A stretch of DNA of 64,000 nucleotides, from contig JACPGJ010000008.1 in assembly GCA_016182555.1 (NCBI GenBank), forward strand, positions 220,272 through 284,271. The letters are read 5' to 3'. The notes under the pieces were generated by a model. The model was not told the origin of the DNA, did no database searches, and saw only the letters and a program-made list of their open reading frames with translations. This DNA is from Candidatus Kerfeldbacteria bacterium (GTDB lineage Bacteria > Patescibacteriota > Patescibacteriia > UBA9570 > XYC2-FULL-38-9). This document shows, one piece after another, positions 19,186 to 29,036 of the stretch (positions are counted from its first letter, which is position 1; every line of letters begins with the position of its first letter). The position numbers were made by a program, and so were the translations under genes.

Positions 19186-19224
19186 CTATGAATTCTTCTA
19201 TGTTCGTGCAATCATTATACACCA

Positions 19225-20250
19225 CTACTCTTTTAAACGATAAAACGTCGACCGCCCTTGACCATGTCGCTCAATAAGACCGCTTGCAACTAAATACCGC
19301 CAATCGAGAGAACGAGTTGACTTGGCTCGGTTCATTAACTCTGCATAGATTTTATCATTCATAGAACCATATTCACGTAAATAATCAAGAATAACACGAT
19401 GATGTTTTTTTAATCCAGATGCTGGTGCTTGAACAGATTTTTCTAATTCGTTTTTTACACGCAATAATTCATCAATAATGCCATCGGTAAAATATTCCAA
19501 CCACGGTGTAAAATCTACTTGCAAATCATAATAATTTCCACGCTCGCCAACAGTGGAAAAATATTTCGTTACATTGGCATTGTAATATTGTTCAAAACTA
19601 AACAGATGAAAAGTGTCTAACCCTAAACCGGCTAACAACAACTTTGTTGCTAAGCGAACCGTACGACCATTGCCATCCATGAACGGGTGAATTAACACAA
19701 ATTGTTTGTGAAAAATTCCCGCAAGTAATAACGCATCTATGCTGCCCTGTTGTTTTTGAATAAATTCTAACAAGTCGGACAATAAAGCTGGAACATCTTC
19801 GTGATCTGGTGGCCAAAAAATAGTTTGTCGTAATTTAGGGTCATTGACAAACACCGGAGCCAACCGCAATGACCCTATGGTTTTTTTTGATAACAGCCCA
19901 GTAGTCACCAACTTATGAATCGCCAAAATAGTTTTCATGTTGAGTGTGTTGTTGCCAGCATCAATGCGTTTTTTTAAATCCAACAATGCGGCATTATAAT
20001 TCAACACTTCACGTTCTGAATCGCGAATATGTGCCGGAGACTGTTTCAACAAACGCTTCACGTCAGTTAATGGTAGCGGATTACCTTCAATACTGGTCGA
20101 CGCATGAGATGAAACTTCGCGCGCAACACGCTCCATTTCAAATAGCACTACTTGCGGGAAACGGCGTTCATTGAGACTAGTCACAATTTGACCAATGTAC
20201 TTCACATTAGCTAATATTTTATTGGTGATTGTGTATTTTGGTTCAAACAT
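19225..20250 (-). CDS. Fic protein (class II, N-terminal inhibitory motif) with C-terminal wHTH
   Basis: STSIEGN; HPFMDGNGRTVR; GQGRSTFY. Confidence 0.92.
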   Translation of the reverse strand: MFEPKYTITNKILANVKYIGQIVTSLNERRFPQVVLFEMERVAREVSSHASTSIEGNPLPLTDVKRLLKQSPAHIRDSEREVLNYNAALLDLKKRIDAGNNTLNMKTILAIHKLVTTGLLSKKTIGSLRLAPVFVNDPKLRQTIFWPPDHEDVPALLSDLLEFIQKQQGSIDALLLAGIFHKQFVLIHPFMDGNGRTVRLATKLLLAGLGLDTFHLFSFEQYYNANVTKYFSTVGERGNYYDLQVDFTPWLEYFTDGIIDELLRVKNELEKSVQAPASGLKKHHRVILDYLREYGSMNDKIYAELMNRAKSTRSLDWRYLVASGLIERHGQGRSTFYRLKE

Positions 20251-20264
20251 ACATATATAGAATA

Positions 20265-20300
20265 TAGACGTATTTTAGACGATAATTAGACGATTGTCAA
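20265..20300 (-). promoter_or_regulatory. Sigma70 promoter overlapped by three phased direct repeats
   Basis: TTGACA-17-TAAAAT; TAGACG (plus strand) at 20265, 20276 and 20287. Confidence 0.75.
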
Positions 20301-20331
20301 GCACCCTAGCGGTCTTGGCGATCTTAAAATT

Positions 20332-20847
20332 TCATTTATTAAGCAATAGATCACTATACGAGTGTGTTATGAGCTGGTCATCTTGAATCTCGAATAATTT
20401 CATATACATTTCACATTGCTCGCGCAGTTTTTCTTCACTCATCTCCTCTGTGTCATCGATCGCTTCTATTTCAATAAAATATCCCAGCTCTTTCACGTTG
20501 TCGATATGAAATTTTACATTATTGATAAAATAAATTTCACGTTGTTTATCGACTACAACCAATGTCTCGAGCGCTGCGAGCAAAATAGTTTTTAGCGACG
20601 ATTCCGGTTTCGTATCATACAACATAATTTCTGCTTTTTTTGGACCAGCACTATTCTCCCGTTCATAAAAAATAAGATGATTTTCAATAGTTCCCTCTCG
20701 TAATTTTAACCGTCCATGCGGAACCACGAAATAGGTATCGATTTGATGATCCACACCGCGAAAATCTGCCTGCTGCGAACGAAGAATTTCGCGAATGCGC
20801 TGCTGATCATTGCACCGCGCTTTCATTTCAATATTCAAACAATGCAT
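20332..20847 (-). CDS. CYTH / class IV adenylate cyclase-like protein
   Basis: NIEMKA, QIDTYF, RLKLRE, FIEIEA. Confidence 0.9.
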   Translation of the reverse strand: MHCLNIEMKARCNDQQRIREILRSQQADFRGVDHQIDTYFVVPHGRLKLREGTIENHLIFYERENSAGPKKAEIMLYDTKPESSLKTILLAALETLVVVDKQREIYFINNVKFHIDNVKELGYFIEIEAIDDTEEMSEEKLREQCEMYMKLFEIQDDQLITHSYSDLLLNK

Positions 20848-20894
20848 ACCTATTCCATAATTTTTTTATGCATACAATCATTATTACAAAGTAA

Positions 20895-21782
20895 TTATTT
20901 TTTCTTATCCATCACACCAATCTTCCAGACGCCTTTTTCCAAAAATGCTTCAATGGTTTGACGGTTGGCTTTATTGATGACATTTGAATGTGACAACTGA
21001 TTTTGTTTTGCATATTCCCGCAGTGTGATTATTTTTGCTCCTTCCAAATAGGCTAATCTTTTGTAATAACTATTCGTCAGTGCTTTACCGACGATGCCTT
21101 CCATGATGGTCGTTGTGCCGTTGCGGTCAAATTCTCGAAACGCTTCGTAATACATCTGCCGGTTAATAAAAGTAATATTGATCGGAACAAACCCTTCGCG
21201 TATCAGCAAATAATTATTCATCACTCTGCCAATACGACCATTGCCGTCAATAAATGGATGCGTATATTCAAACATCAGATGCAATTTGGCAATACGCGTA
21301 ATAATATGGTCATGACTACTCGCATAGTATTCTGCAAACATCGTTTCTAACCGCTCAATAATTTCTTGCGGCGCTGGAGCAATGTGGCTACCAACACGAA
21401 CATATTCATTCTCGCGTCGAAACCTGCCAGCAATATCATCACGAATGTTGGCAATCAACATCTTGTGCAATGACAAAATTATTTCCAGGTTCAACTCCTG
21501 TTGTTTTGCTTTGGTATTAATGTAGTTCACCACTCGCGCCAGATTCTTTGCTTCAAAAATTTCTCGCTCACTGACAAAACGATCCAAATCAATTTGGAGC
21601 AATATTTTTTCGGTTTCTTCAAGGCTCAACGTACTATTTTCAATAGCGTTGGAATTATACACTTGTTCAGCGACTTCCGCTTCATTGATCAGCTGAATAA
21701 GCGCATCTTTACCTACTGCAGCTTTATAGTAGCGTTTGCGTAGAGACGGTAATGCTTGAAAAACATAAATTTGGCGCGGCAT
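20895..21782 (-). CDS. Fic family protein with C-terminal DNA-binding module
   Basis: NSNAIENS; HPFIDGNGRIGR. Confidence 0.92.
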   Translation of the reverse strand: MPRQIYVFQALPSLRKRYYKAAVGKDALIQLINEAEVAEQVYNSNAIENSTLSLEETEKILLQIDLDRFVSEREIFEAKNLARVVNYINTKAKQQELNLEIILSLHKMLIANIRDDIAGRFRRENEYVRVGSHIAPAPQEIIERLETMFAEYYASSHDHIITRIAKLHLMFEYTHPFIDGNGRIGRVMNNYLLIREGFVPINITFINRQMYYEAFREFDRNGTTTIMEGIVGKALTNSYYKRLAYLEGAKIITLREYAKQNQLSHSNVINKANRQTIEAFLEKGVWKIGVMDKKK

Positions 21783-21790
21783 ATACTTGA

Positions 21791-21864
21791 ATTATACACT
21801 TTTTCACGATTATGTCAACTATAATCGTGAAAATGGCATTAAAAATTCAATTTTTCACGATTAT
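21791..21864 (-). promoter_or_regulatory. Sigma70 promoter with 13-bp inverted-repeat operator plus third box
   Basis: TTGACA-16-TATAAT; TTTTCACGATTAT-7-ATAATCGTGAAAA (21801-21833); third copy at 21852-21864. Confidence 0.8.
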
Positions 21865-21910
21865 TTTCCCTCAGCTGCCTTCTGTAAAGCCGCAACATCA
21901 ATCTTTTTCA
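21861..21910 (-). pseudogene. C-terminal remnant of PhnB/3-demethylubiquinone-MT-like VOC gene
   Basis: KKIDVAALQKAAEGK*. Confidence 0.45.
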
Positions 21911-21968
21911 CCACCACTTGTGCGAAAAAAATCTTCCTACTTTAGACAATATTCCAGATAAACTATTT

Positions 21969-23021
21969 CTACTCTACTTGTGACATGACATCCTGCACTA
22001 CCTGAATGACTAATTCAGGTTGATCCAAATGAATATCATGATTACTCTTTTCAGCAATCACTTGTTTGCTATTCGTTGAAAGTTTGAGCAGATCCTTTTG
22101 TGTCTTGGCTAAATACTCATCAACTTCTTTAGCTGTTGGCCCAGCAGTCTCTGCAAATGTGGCTTGTGCTGAGAGTACTACAATAGGGATATTCCCTAAA
22201 TTGGTAATAGAATTGAGCTCTTGCCAGACTTCATCATCTTTTGTGGATAATTCATCCCCTTCTGCTTTCATGACATTAAAGTAAGCTGGCCGAGCAATAC
22301 TGGCTAAATAGGGTTCATGGTATTCTTCAGGAAGTTTCTGTACAAAATCTGGAATCACTTTATCTCCACCGATCTTTCCTAGAATCGGTAGAATATTAAA
22401 AGTCGCTAATGTCTTCATGACATAATATTGTTGCCACTGTGCATTCTCTAAATCTTCAAGTGGTTTGAATGTATCAGCAGATACTGCAGCAGAATCAACT
22501 AACACTAATCCCGCCACATCCTGTGGGTAATATTTTGCAAAGATACGTGCATACATACCTCCCCCCGAATGCCCAACTAAGATATAGGGTCCTGTAATAC
22601 CCGCCACTTCTAGCATTTGCTTCTCTTCATCAACAATATTTTTACCTGTTCTGGGAGTTGTAGCAGGTTCACTCCAACCATAGCCTGAGCGATCAAAACT
22701 ACACACTCGTGTTGTTTTTGATAATTCAGGCTGCACTAACGACCAATCTAATGAGCTTCTACCGTTACCAGCATCTAAAATGATCGTTGGAGCGTCTGGT
22801 TGTACTACACCAGTACAGTATATGTGCATTTTGTGTCCGTCCACATTCACTAATTGCCCAGGTGCGGGAAAGTTGGTTGCAAAATTCTTGCTTGTTTGTA
22901 CTTGAATAATATAGCCAAGTACTAATAACACTACGATTAGAACAATAATTCCTAATAGCATAAATAATCCCATTTTTAACCACTTGCGTGGTGATTTATT
23001 ATGAGTATCTTTTGTATTCAT
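21969..23021 (-). CDS. Membrane-anchored alpha/beta hydrolase
   Basis: N-terminal TM; FDRSGYGWS, GHSGGG nucleophile, SNHDIH. Confidence 0.9.
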   Translation of the reverse strand: MNTKDTHNKSPRKWLKMGLFMLLGIIVLIVVLLVLGYIIQVQTSKNFATNFPAPGQLVNVDGHKMHIYCTGVVQPDAPTIILDAGNGRSSLDWSLVQPELSKTTRVCSFDRSGYGWSEPATTPRTGKNIVDEEKQMLEVAGITGPYILVGHSGGGMYARIFAKYYPQDVAGLVLVDSAAVSADTFKPLEDLENAQWQQYYVMKTLATFNILPILGKIGGDKVIPDFVQKLPEEYHEPYLASIARPAYFNVMKAEGDELSTKDDEVWQELNSITNLGNIPIVVLSAQATFAETAGPTAKEVDEYLAKTQKDLLKLSTNSKQVIAEKSNHDIHLDQPELVIQVVQDVMSQVE

Positions 23022-23032
23022 AAAATATTGGG

Positions 23033-23572
23033 TTAAATAGATTGTAGTTTTTTTAAAGCTTGCTTGCACCAGGTCATTTCAGCTCCAGTAGCAAGTATTC
23101 CAAATTGTACGGTGAGTAAATTATATGGTTTTTTTGGATTATATTGTGGGTGTTGTAGAATTATTTTTTCAATTTGTTTTAATATACCATGCAACTGTTG
23201 CGTTTGCTCCATATACGCTGCAATATGTTTGATACTTACTTCCGTAGGAATACTGCTCGCAAAGAAAACTTTTAGTAATAATTCATTGCGTATCTTTGGT
23301 AAAGTAATTGGTGTTTGTAACCATTGTTTTAAAATTTTTCGCCCTTTTGCAGTAATAGAATATATTTGCCGTTGTCGGCCAGATTTTTGCACTGTTTTAC
23401 TAACTAATCCAACTTTTTCTAACTGTGCGAGTGTAGGATAGATTTGGCCATAACTTTCTGACCAAAAGTAACCAACGGTCTTCTGAATATTATTTTTCAA
23501 ATCATAGCCTGACTGCGGGTGAATATTTAATAGCCCTAATAAGACATACTGGGTTTTATTCTCTTTTTTCAT
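23033..23572 (-). CDS. PadR family regulator
   Basis: SGYDLK, FWSESYGQIYPTL, YSITAKGR. Confidence 0.92.
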   Translation of the reverse strand: MKKENKTQYVLLGLLNIHPQSGYDLKNNIQKTVGYFWSESYGQIYPTLAQLEKVGLVSKTVQKSGRQRQIYSITAKGRKILKQWLQTPITLPKIRNELLLKVFFASSIPTEVSIKHIAAYMEQTQQLHGILKQIEKIILQHPQYNPKKPYNLLTVQFGILATGAEMTWCKQALKKLQSI

Positions 23573-23589
23573 ATATCTAGAAGATATAT
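23571..23589. promoter_or_regulatory. Probable PadR operator
   Basis: ATATATCT-AGA-AGATATAT perfect inverted repeat at the padR start. Confidence 0.6.
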
Positions 23590-23612
23590 CATATTAGAGA
23601 ATTTGTCAAGAT

Positions 23613-24593
23613 CTAAATTTTTGAAAGAAATGTAATTGCTCTTTTCTCTTTGTCTGCAAGCTCTTGTAAGATGTCTCCAGCCTGATTTAGATACTGTTGC
23701 TCAGTAGTTTCTCCTGCTTTCTTGATAAGTTTTGCTACTCCTGTCCATTGCGGAGCAATTTCACAAAACAATTCAAAGCCTTTTTGTAAATTTTCACTCT
23801 TGATAAGAGAGCTTGATTCATCCAAAAAATCACGGTATAAATTTCTAAATAGCGCTCCACCTGTACCGCCACGTTCCATCAGTAATGCTGTCAATGCAAA
23901 ATCTGCTTCTATATTCTTGCTGCGCTTAAACCATTGTAGTATTTCTTTACTGAACTTCTGGATACCTTTATACCCGATATTTGTAATCGGAGGATTCAAA
24001 TAATCTTTGGCATTTGCTTTAATCGATTTGACAATTACCTTATCTAAGGCTGGTAATGCACCTGTTTGTTCAATGGTATACGATAAATTTTTTGATGCCA
24101 TTGGACCTTTTTCTTTACGTGCCAAAGCAAGATGTTCAAGGGTTGTTTTCACTGTACTTCCTTGCTGTATGGTGTCTACTAAATACGCATAGGTGTCATC
24201 ATAACCGTACATGGCTACATAATGACCAGCAAAATGCACTTTGCTCGTAAAATAATCTAAATGATAACAATCAAGTTTTAAGCCAACGGGTTTTCCTTCA
24301 TCCAGAATCTTTTGTATATTTTCCCATGCTTTCTTCGGAGAAGATGTCTCTTGCACATGAAATTTTAAGCCAAGATTTTTTGTTAGGTTTTGTGTTAATG
24401 CATCGGGTTTCACCCGACCTCCAATAAACGGAAAATCCATAATCTTCATATCCCAATAGATAAACCCCAAACCCTCACCTAACCCAAATAACATTGGTTC
24501 AGACAACTCAACCCCAATAAATTTGAGTAAGCTCCCTGTTGCTGTTGTTTCACAATGCTGTCCCTTAAATGGTTTGAATTGCTTAATAACCAT
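23613..24593 (-). CDS. BtrH N-terminal / DUF4872 papain-like protein
   Basis: GQHCETT, LSEPMLFGLGEG, HFAGHYVAMYGYD, GTGGALFR. Confidence 0.85.
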   Translation of the reverse strand: MVIKQFKPFKGQHCETTATGSLLKFIGVELSEPMLFGLGEGLGFIYWDMKIMDFPFIGGRVKPDALTQNLTKNLGLKFHVQETSSPKKAWENIQKILDEGKPVGLKLDCYHLDYFTSKVHFAGHYVAMYGYDDTYAYLVDTIQQGSTVKTTLEHLALARKEKGPMASKNLSYTIEQTGALPALDKVIVKSIKANAKDYLNPPITNIGYKGIQKFSKEILQWFKRSKNIEADFALTALLMERGGTGGALFRNLYRDFLDESSSLIKSENLQKGFELFCEIAPQWTGVAKLIKKAGETTEQQYLNQAGDILQELADKEKRAITFLSKI

Positions 24594-24614
24594 ATATATT
24601 TAAAATTTCTAAAT

Positions 24615-25241
24615 CTATTCAATCGATTTGTAAAATTCTCTTACTGCTCTTTTGACAACACCCTTCGTGCTGCGCTCATACTTCTGTACAAGTTTCTGAA
24701 GGCGCTCTGTTAAAGATTGGTCTTGCCGAATTGCATAAATAAACCCCTGAATTACTTTGGCTGCTTGTTTCTCTTTCCATTCATCCAGAATAACCTGGAG
24801 TGCATCTACTGCTTCTCTTGCAGCTTTTTTTCCTGTGTTTGCATAATTGGCAATCGTCCACGTAGCATAGTCTCGTACAATAGTACTATCATCAAGTATG
24901 GCAATACCTTTTAATTTTGGGAAAATTCCACGAATGATAGTCGGTACTTCCTCAACAATAAATGATAACGTATGGATTATTTCCCAGCGTACTTTTGTTT
25001 TTTTATGATCGAGTAATGGTAACAGCTGTTTTATGTAGGGTTTAACCAACTTGGGATTTTGTTCAGCAACAAACGTTAATACTTCAGCACAATCAGCAAT
25101 AAGGTTATCATTATCTTCTTTCAGTCCTTGAATAATATCTTTTAATAAAATTGGTTTTTGAAGACACTTGCTTGCAACCGCACGATTTGCATCTTCTGTT
25201 CGCTCTCCACGTTGTGATGATAATTCTGTAATAATTGACAT
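24615..25241 (-). CDS. HEAT-repeat protein
   Basis: DCAEVL...PKLVKPY...TKVRWE...STIVRD. Confidence 0.75.
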   Translation of the reverse strand: MSIITELSSQRGERTEDANRAVASKCLQKPILLKDIIQGLKEDNDNLIADCAEVLTFVAEQNPKLVKPYIKQLLPLLDHKKTKVRWEIIHTLSFIVEEVPTIIRGIFPKLKGIAILDDSTIVRDYATWTIANYANTGKKAAREAVDALQVILDEWKEKQAAKVIQGFIYAIRQDQSLTERLQKLVQKYERSTKGVVKRAVREFYKSIE

Positions 25242-25250
25242 ACTCTGATG

Positions 25251-25643
25251 CTATTTTTGATTCTGTTGAGAATTCTCAAGTGCCATACCAAAACCAATGC
25301 TAAATATGGGGATCATGAGATACCGTAAACCAATTTGAGCAATATAATCTCCAAATGACATGTGTGACATAGGTATCAGCAGTAACACATCTAAAACAAG
25401 ATTCATGCCTAACCACAATACACCAATACGCATGCCTTCCTTCAAGTAATTTTTATGCACATTCTTAAAATAGCGCACTAGTAAAAATGACCCCACCAAT
25501 GATGCAACAACAATCATGATAGATTTGAACAGATGCAGATCAATACGAATCTCACCTTGTGGTGTATAAAAGGCAAAAGCCAGTATAAATGGAATTAACC
25601 ATGTTAATACTCCAAAACCAAGTACTTTTTTTATTGATGTCAT
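25251..25643 (-). CDS. Four-TM hypothetical membrane protein
   Basis: WLIPF...FKSIMIV...IGLRYLMIP. Confidence 0.75.
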   Translation of the reverse strand: MTSIKKVLGFGVLTWLIPFILAFAFYTPQGEIRIDLHLFKSIMIVVASLVGSFLLVRYFKNVHKNYLKEGMRIGVLWLGMNLVLDVLLLIPMSHMSFGDYIAQIGLRYLMIPIFSIGFGMALENSQQNQK

Positions 25644-25658
25644 AATAGTAATGATATA

Positions 25659-25928
25659 TTATTTTTTCCAACGTTTTAATGTTGGTATTACAGGTTCTAT
25701 TTGTGCTTTGGCTTCTTCTTCGCTCATTCCATATTGAACCATAATGCCAATACACCCGTTGATCATTTGTTCCATTGATATATTCGGTTGAGTAAATGCT
25801 CCTTTTTGATAACAATGCGTGCAGAATTCATAATTTTGCGATTCATCTTGATTCGTGCCATAATCAGCAAATTTTTCCATTGGCATGGCACAACTTTGGC
25901 AAATATCTTTGTATTTTTGTTCGTCCAT
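25659..25928 (-). CDS. Zinc-ribbon protein (paralog of 12698..12970)
   Basis: CQSCAMPM...FCTHCYQKGAF...LKRWKK. Confidence 0.85.
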   Translation of the reverse strand: MDEQKYKDICQSCAMPMEKFADYGTNQDESQNYEFCTHCYQKGAFTQPNISMEQMINGCIGIMVQYGMSEEEAKAQIEPVIPTLKRWKK

Positions 25929-25939
25929 AATAGTATTAT

Positions 25940-26158
25940 TTAATTACTAAATTTGTTAAATGTTTGATCCAGGGCTTTCTTCTGAATAAGGTTAATGCCA
26001 TCTTCACCTCTACGCAGTACAATAAGTAACCGATCGCCTGTTTTGATATGTAATTTCTTACGAATACCTGCTGGAATAGATACCTGCCCTTTGCTGGATA
26101 CGGTAATCCACTCCATAAATTGATTGTGCTTTTCTGGTTGTTTTTTCTTCTGTGTCAT
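25940..26158 (-). CDS. AbrB/MazE/SpoVT DNA-binding protein
   Basis: TVSSKGQVSIPAGIRKKLHIKTGD. Confidence 0.9.
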   Translation of the reverse strand: MTQKKKQPEKHNQFMEWITVSSKGQVSIPAGIRKKLHIKTGDRLLIVLRRGEDGINLIQKKALDQTFNKFSN

Positions 26159-26266
26159 AAGCGTAAATGGAATTAACTATTCTGTAAAATTGGTAAGATT
26201 TTCCTTACTCAAGGATAACAAATAAAGTGGTTTTTGGCCACTCTATTACGATATTCATGAGCTTAA

Positions 26267-26336
26267 AAATTCATCTTTCTAGTTCCACCATTGTACCTCT
26301 TCTAATTTGTGTTTTTTATGGAAAATAAAATAGACT
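26267..26336 (-). repeat. Diverged duplicate of the 3' end of gene 27072..27341
   Basis: Translates VYFIFHKKHKLEEVQWWN*KD versus VYFASHKKHDPEKLKWWNWKD; aligns with 27068-27138. Confidence 0.75.
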
Positions 26337-26370
26337 ATAATTCTGAATTATCTTATTTATAGAATTAATT

Positions 26371-26967
26371 CTACTTACGATTACTTTTTCTCAAGCGATC
26401 CATCATTCTGTTAGTTCTTTCGTTTGCCGCAGTTCCTTGTTGTCTTCGATATTCTTGTTCTGCTTCATATCTTGCACCACCTGGAGACCAAGCTTCAAAT
26501 TCTTCTTGGTCCTTTCGTAAGTATTCTTTCCGATCGTCTATCGTTCTTTTCAAAACCTCGCGTAATGGAAGTAGTTCTGAATCTTCTGTTGGGATGGTTT
26601 CGGCTTCTAAACCAGGCTTTAATTGTTGCTCAATATCTTGTAACAAGACAATGATATATTGTAACCCTTTAGTCTGTTCTTTTGCTTGTTGTTCTGCAAA
26701 GTTTTGCCCTGTAATTTCTTTGCTTCCTATGACTTCTGCTAGTCTAAGCGCGGAGTTTTGCTCAATTAATGGTTGAATTTTATCAAATAAGAGTCCTATT
26801 TTCTCGTAAAATTCTTGTGGATAAGTACCAGCTGTTTGATACGTTTCCTGCTCAATAACAAGTGTATGTAGCTCCTGATAAAAACCATTAAGTCTAGTTA
26901 ACAGACTAGCTTCGTGATAACTTAATGACGCAGTATCTATTTCGTATTGTTTCGGTTCAATAGTCAT
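26371..26967 (-). CDS. Orphan helical protein
   Basis: Open frame, Glu/Gln-rich; start probably MTIEP. Confidence 0.65.
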   Translation of the reverse strand: MTIEPKQYEIDTASLSYHEASLLTRLNGFYQELHTLVIEQETYQTAGTYPQEFYEKIGLLFDKIQPLIEQNSALRLAEVIGSKEITGQNFAEQQAKEQTKGLQYIIVLLQDIEQQLKPGLEAETIPTEDSELLPLREVLKRTIDDRKEYLRKDQEEFEAWSPGGARYEAEQEYRRQQGTAANERTNRMMDRLRKSNRK

Positions 26968-27071
26968 AGCAATATAATTACATTCATTAAAAATGTATAT
27001 CAAAACTGAACAATTGTAAATATCAATATATACCACGAAGCGTCAAAGAAGATAGTCGTTACTTTTTAAAT

Positions 27072-27341
27072 TCAGTCCTTCCAGTTCCACCATTTCAGTT
27101 TTTCTGGGTCATGTTTTTTATGTGAAGCAAAATATACTGCACATCGAAACACATAAAGCATACACCGATCAATATGTTGACCTTGCTGATTGCATAACTG
27201 CTCATACAATCCTTCAGGGTTTTTACCTTTTAATTCAGTGACTGATCGAAAACCTAAATTCCACAAATCTTCGGCAATGCTCTTTCCTACTCCTGGGATG
27301 GTTTGAAATTGCTTTAAGATTGCTTGTTTATTAGATGGCAT
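27072..27341 (-). CDS. Helix-hairpin-helix Cdd1/pathogenicity-locus family protein (mitomycin-resistance-like)
   Basis: IPGVGKSIAEDL, DRCMLYVFRCAVYFA, KWWNWKD. Confidence 0.85.
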   Translation of the reverse strand: MPSNKQAILKQFQTIPGVGKSIAEDLWNLGFRSVTELKGKNPEGLYEQLCNQQGQHIDRCMLYVFRCAVYFASHKKHDPEKLKWWNWKD

Positions 27342-27343
27342 AG

Positions 27344-27730
27344 TTAATCCTGAGCAAAATAAAGCACATAACCGTTAACATCTTTGATAGAAAATTCTCG
27401 TGCGCCATAGAAGGTTTTGTGTAATTCTTGAATGATAGTGATTTTCTCTTGCTGAATTTTCTTGTAAAGAGTATCAATATCATCTACATGAATATACAGG
27501 GAGAATGATCCACCAATTGGCTGTTGAGCAAAATTTGGAACTTCTTCCACAAAACTCGCTCTTTGCTGCAACATAATAGTGACCCCGTCATTTTGTAGCA
27601 TTGCCCACACAGGGTGTTTCTCATCTGGAACGGTCATAGTAACAGTAAAATCTAAAATGCTTGTATAAAATTCAATGGTTTTGTGCATGTCTTCTACCAT
27701 CAAATTTGGTGAAAGCGAAGCTGTTTTCAT
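27344..27730 (-). CDS. VOC (bleomycin-resistance-like) protein
   Basis: PNLMVEDMHKTIEFY, TFYGAREFSIKDVNGY. Confidence 0.9.
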   Translation of the reverse strand: MKTASLSPNLMVEDMHKTIEFYTSILDFTVTMTVPDEKHPVWAMLQNDGVTIMLQQRASFVEEVPNFAQQPIGGSFSLYIHVDDIDTLYKKIQQEKITIIQELHKTFYGAREFSIKDVNGYVLYFAQD

Positions 27731-27811
27731 AGATAACTAAATTGGTTAGTTATTTAGTAGCCTTATTCTAACTGCTTACAACACGAACGTATTGTAAATA
27801 TCGGACATACA

Positions 27812-28633
27812 TCAGATACCGATAAAATCAGCGAACTCTTGAGGAGTCTTGTTGCAAATCACTTTTAAATCATTGATTAAATGCGGTTGGTCATAATATC
27901 CATAACGTAAGGCTTGGCGTATAGATGATCCTTTTTTAGTGTTCAATACATCTTGCAATAAGTATTGAAATCGAATGGTGCGTGCAAATGTTTTTGGACT
28001 AATACCAATAGAGATTTCAAATAACCGACGGAGCTGACGATCCGTTACGTGATGTTTCTGTGCAAAGTCGGTAACACTTATTCTACCTTGTTGAGATATA
28101 ATATCTTCAATAATAGAATCAATTTGCACATTTGAATCAGCTGAAAACATTATAAAATTATTGAGGCATCCTTCTACAATCTGTATCCTTTGAGCAAATG
28201 ATTGCGTTGCAGCTAATTGTTGATTCCATGTTTTTGCTTCAGGGAAAATACGATATACATCAATGTCTTGTTGAGCGAAAATTTTCATGGGAGTACAAAA
28301 CAGAGGGTATAATTTTCCAGGCCAAAATCGTACACCAAAAAAATGTGATGTTTTAGTGAGTTTAACTGTTGATACGACCGACATTGTTCCACTGATCCAA
28401 GATGTAACAGGCCTCTCATTCTGTAAACTAAATACAATATCCGCACAACCATCAGGTAAAATAGGTAATGAAGTTGATTTAGTAATTTTTTTATTCACTG
28501 ATAACTCCCAAAAACATTCTACAAACTCTGAGAGTATGCCTGCTGGTTTATATTTATGGTATACAACATTTGGCGCAAGTGCATTGCTCAGCACCTGAAT
28601 AGGATTATAGTTATTGAAAACACTATTTTTCAT
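27812..28633 (-). CDS. AraC family regulator (DUF6597 N-terminus)
   Basis: ILPDGCADI, RQLRRLF...GISPK, GYYDQPHL. Confidence 0.9.
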   Translation of the reverse strand: MKNSVFNNYNPIQVLSNALAPNVVYHKYKPAGILSEFVECFWELSVNKKITKSTSLPILPDGCADIVFSLQNERPVTSWISGTMSVVSTVKLTKTSHFFGVRFWPGKLYPLFCTPMKIFAQQDIDVYRIFPEAKTWNQQLAATQSFAQRIQIVEGCLNNFIMFSADSNVQIDSIIEDIISQQGRISVTDFAQKHHVTDRQLRRLFEISIGISPKTFARTIRFQYLLQDVLNTKKGSSIRQALRYGYYDQPHLINDLKVICNKTPQEFADFIGI

Positions 28634-28677
28634 ACAGCTCAGTTTATCTTACAAATCCCAGGAGGCAAGAAGTTAGG

Positions 28678-29019
28678 CTATAATTTAGAATCATCAATAA
28701 TACCTTTCCCTTTCAGTTTCGCTCTAATTCTATTTTTAGCTCTTCTCATTACTAAAAATCCAGCAATGAATGCAACTGCATAGGAAATCAATAATCCAAA
28801 CAAAAGATGTAAAAACGTTACTGCCTCATGCGGTCTTGCAATTGCATTCACGACAACCTGCAATAGACTAGCCATCACAAAAAATGTCATTCCAGCAAAA
28901 CCTCCAATCATTTTTGGTAACTGTGGAATAATTTCATTTATTCGTTCCAAGACAAGCGATTTATCAAATTTCTGAAAATCTTTTAAATCGTCTATATCAT
29001 CGAGCTTTTCTTTTGGCAT
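28678..29019 (-). CDS. Two-TM hypothetical protein
   Basis: Hydrophobic segments in open frame. Confidence 0.6.
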   Translation of the reverse strand: MPKEKLDDIDDLKDFQKFDKSLVLERINEIIPQLPKMIGGFAGMTFFVMASLLQVVVNAIARPHEAVTFLHLLFGLLISYAVAFIAGFLVMRRAKNRIRAKLKGKGIIDDSKL

Positions 29020-29036
29020 AATGTTGAAGTTAATTA

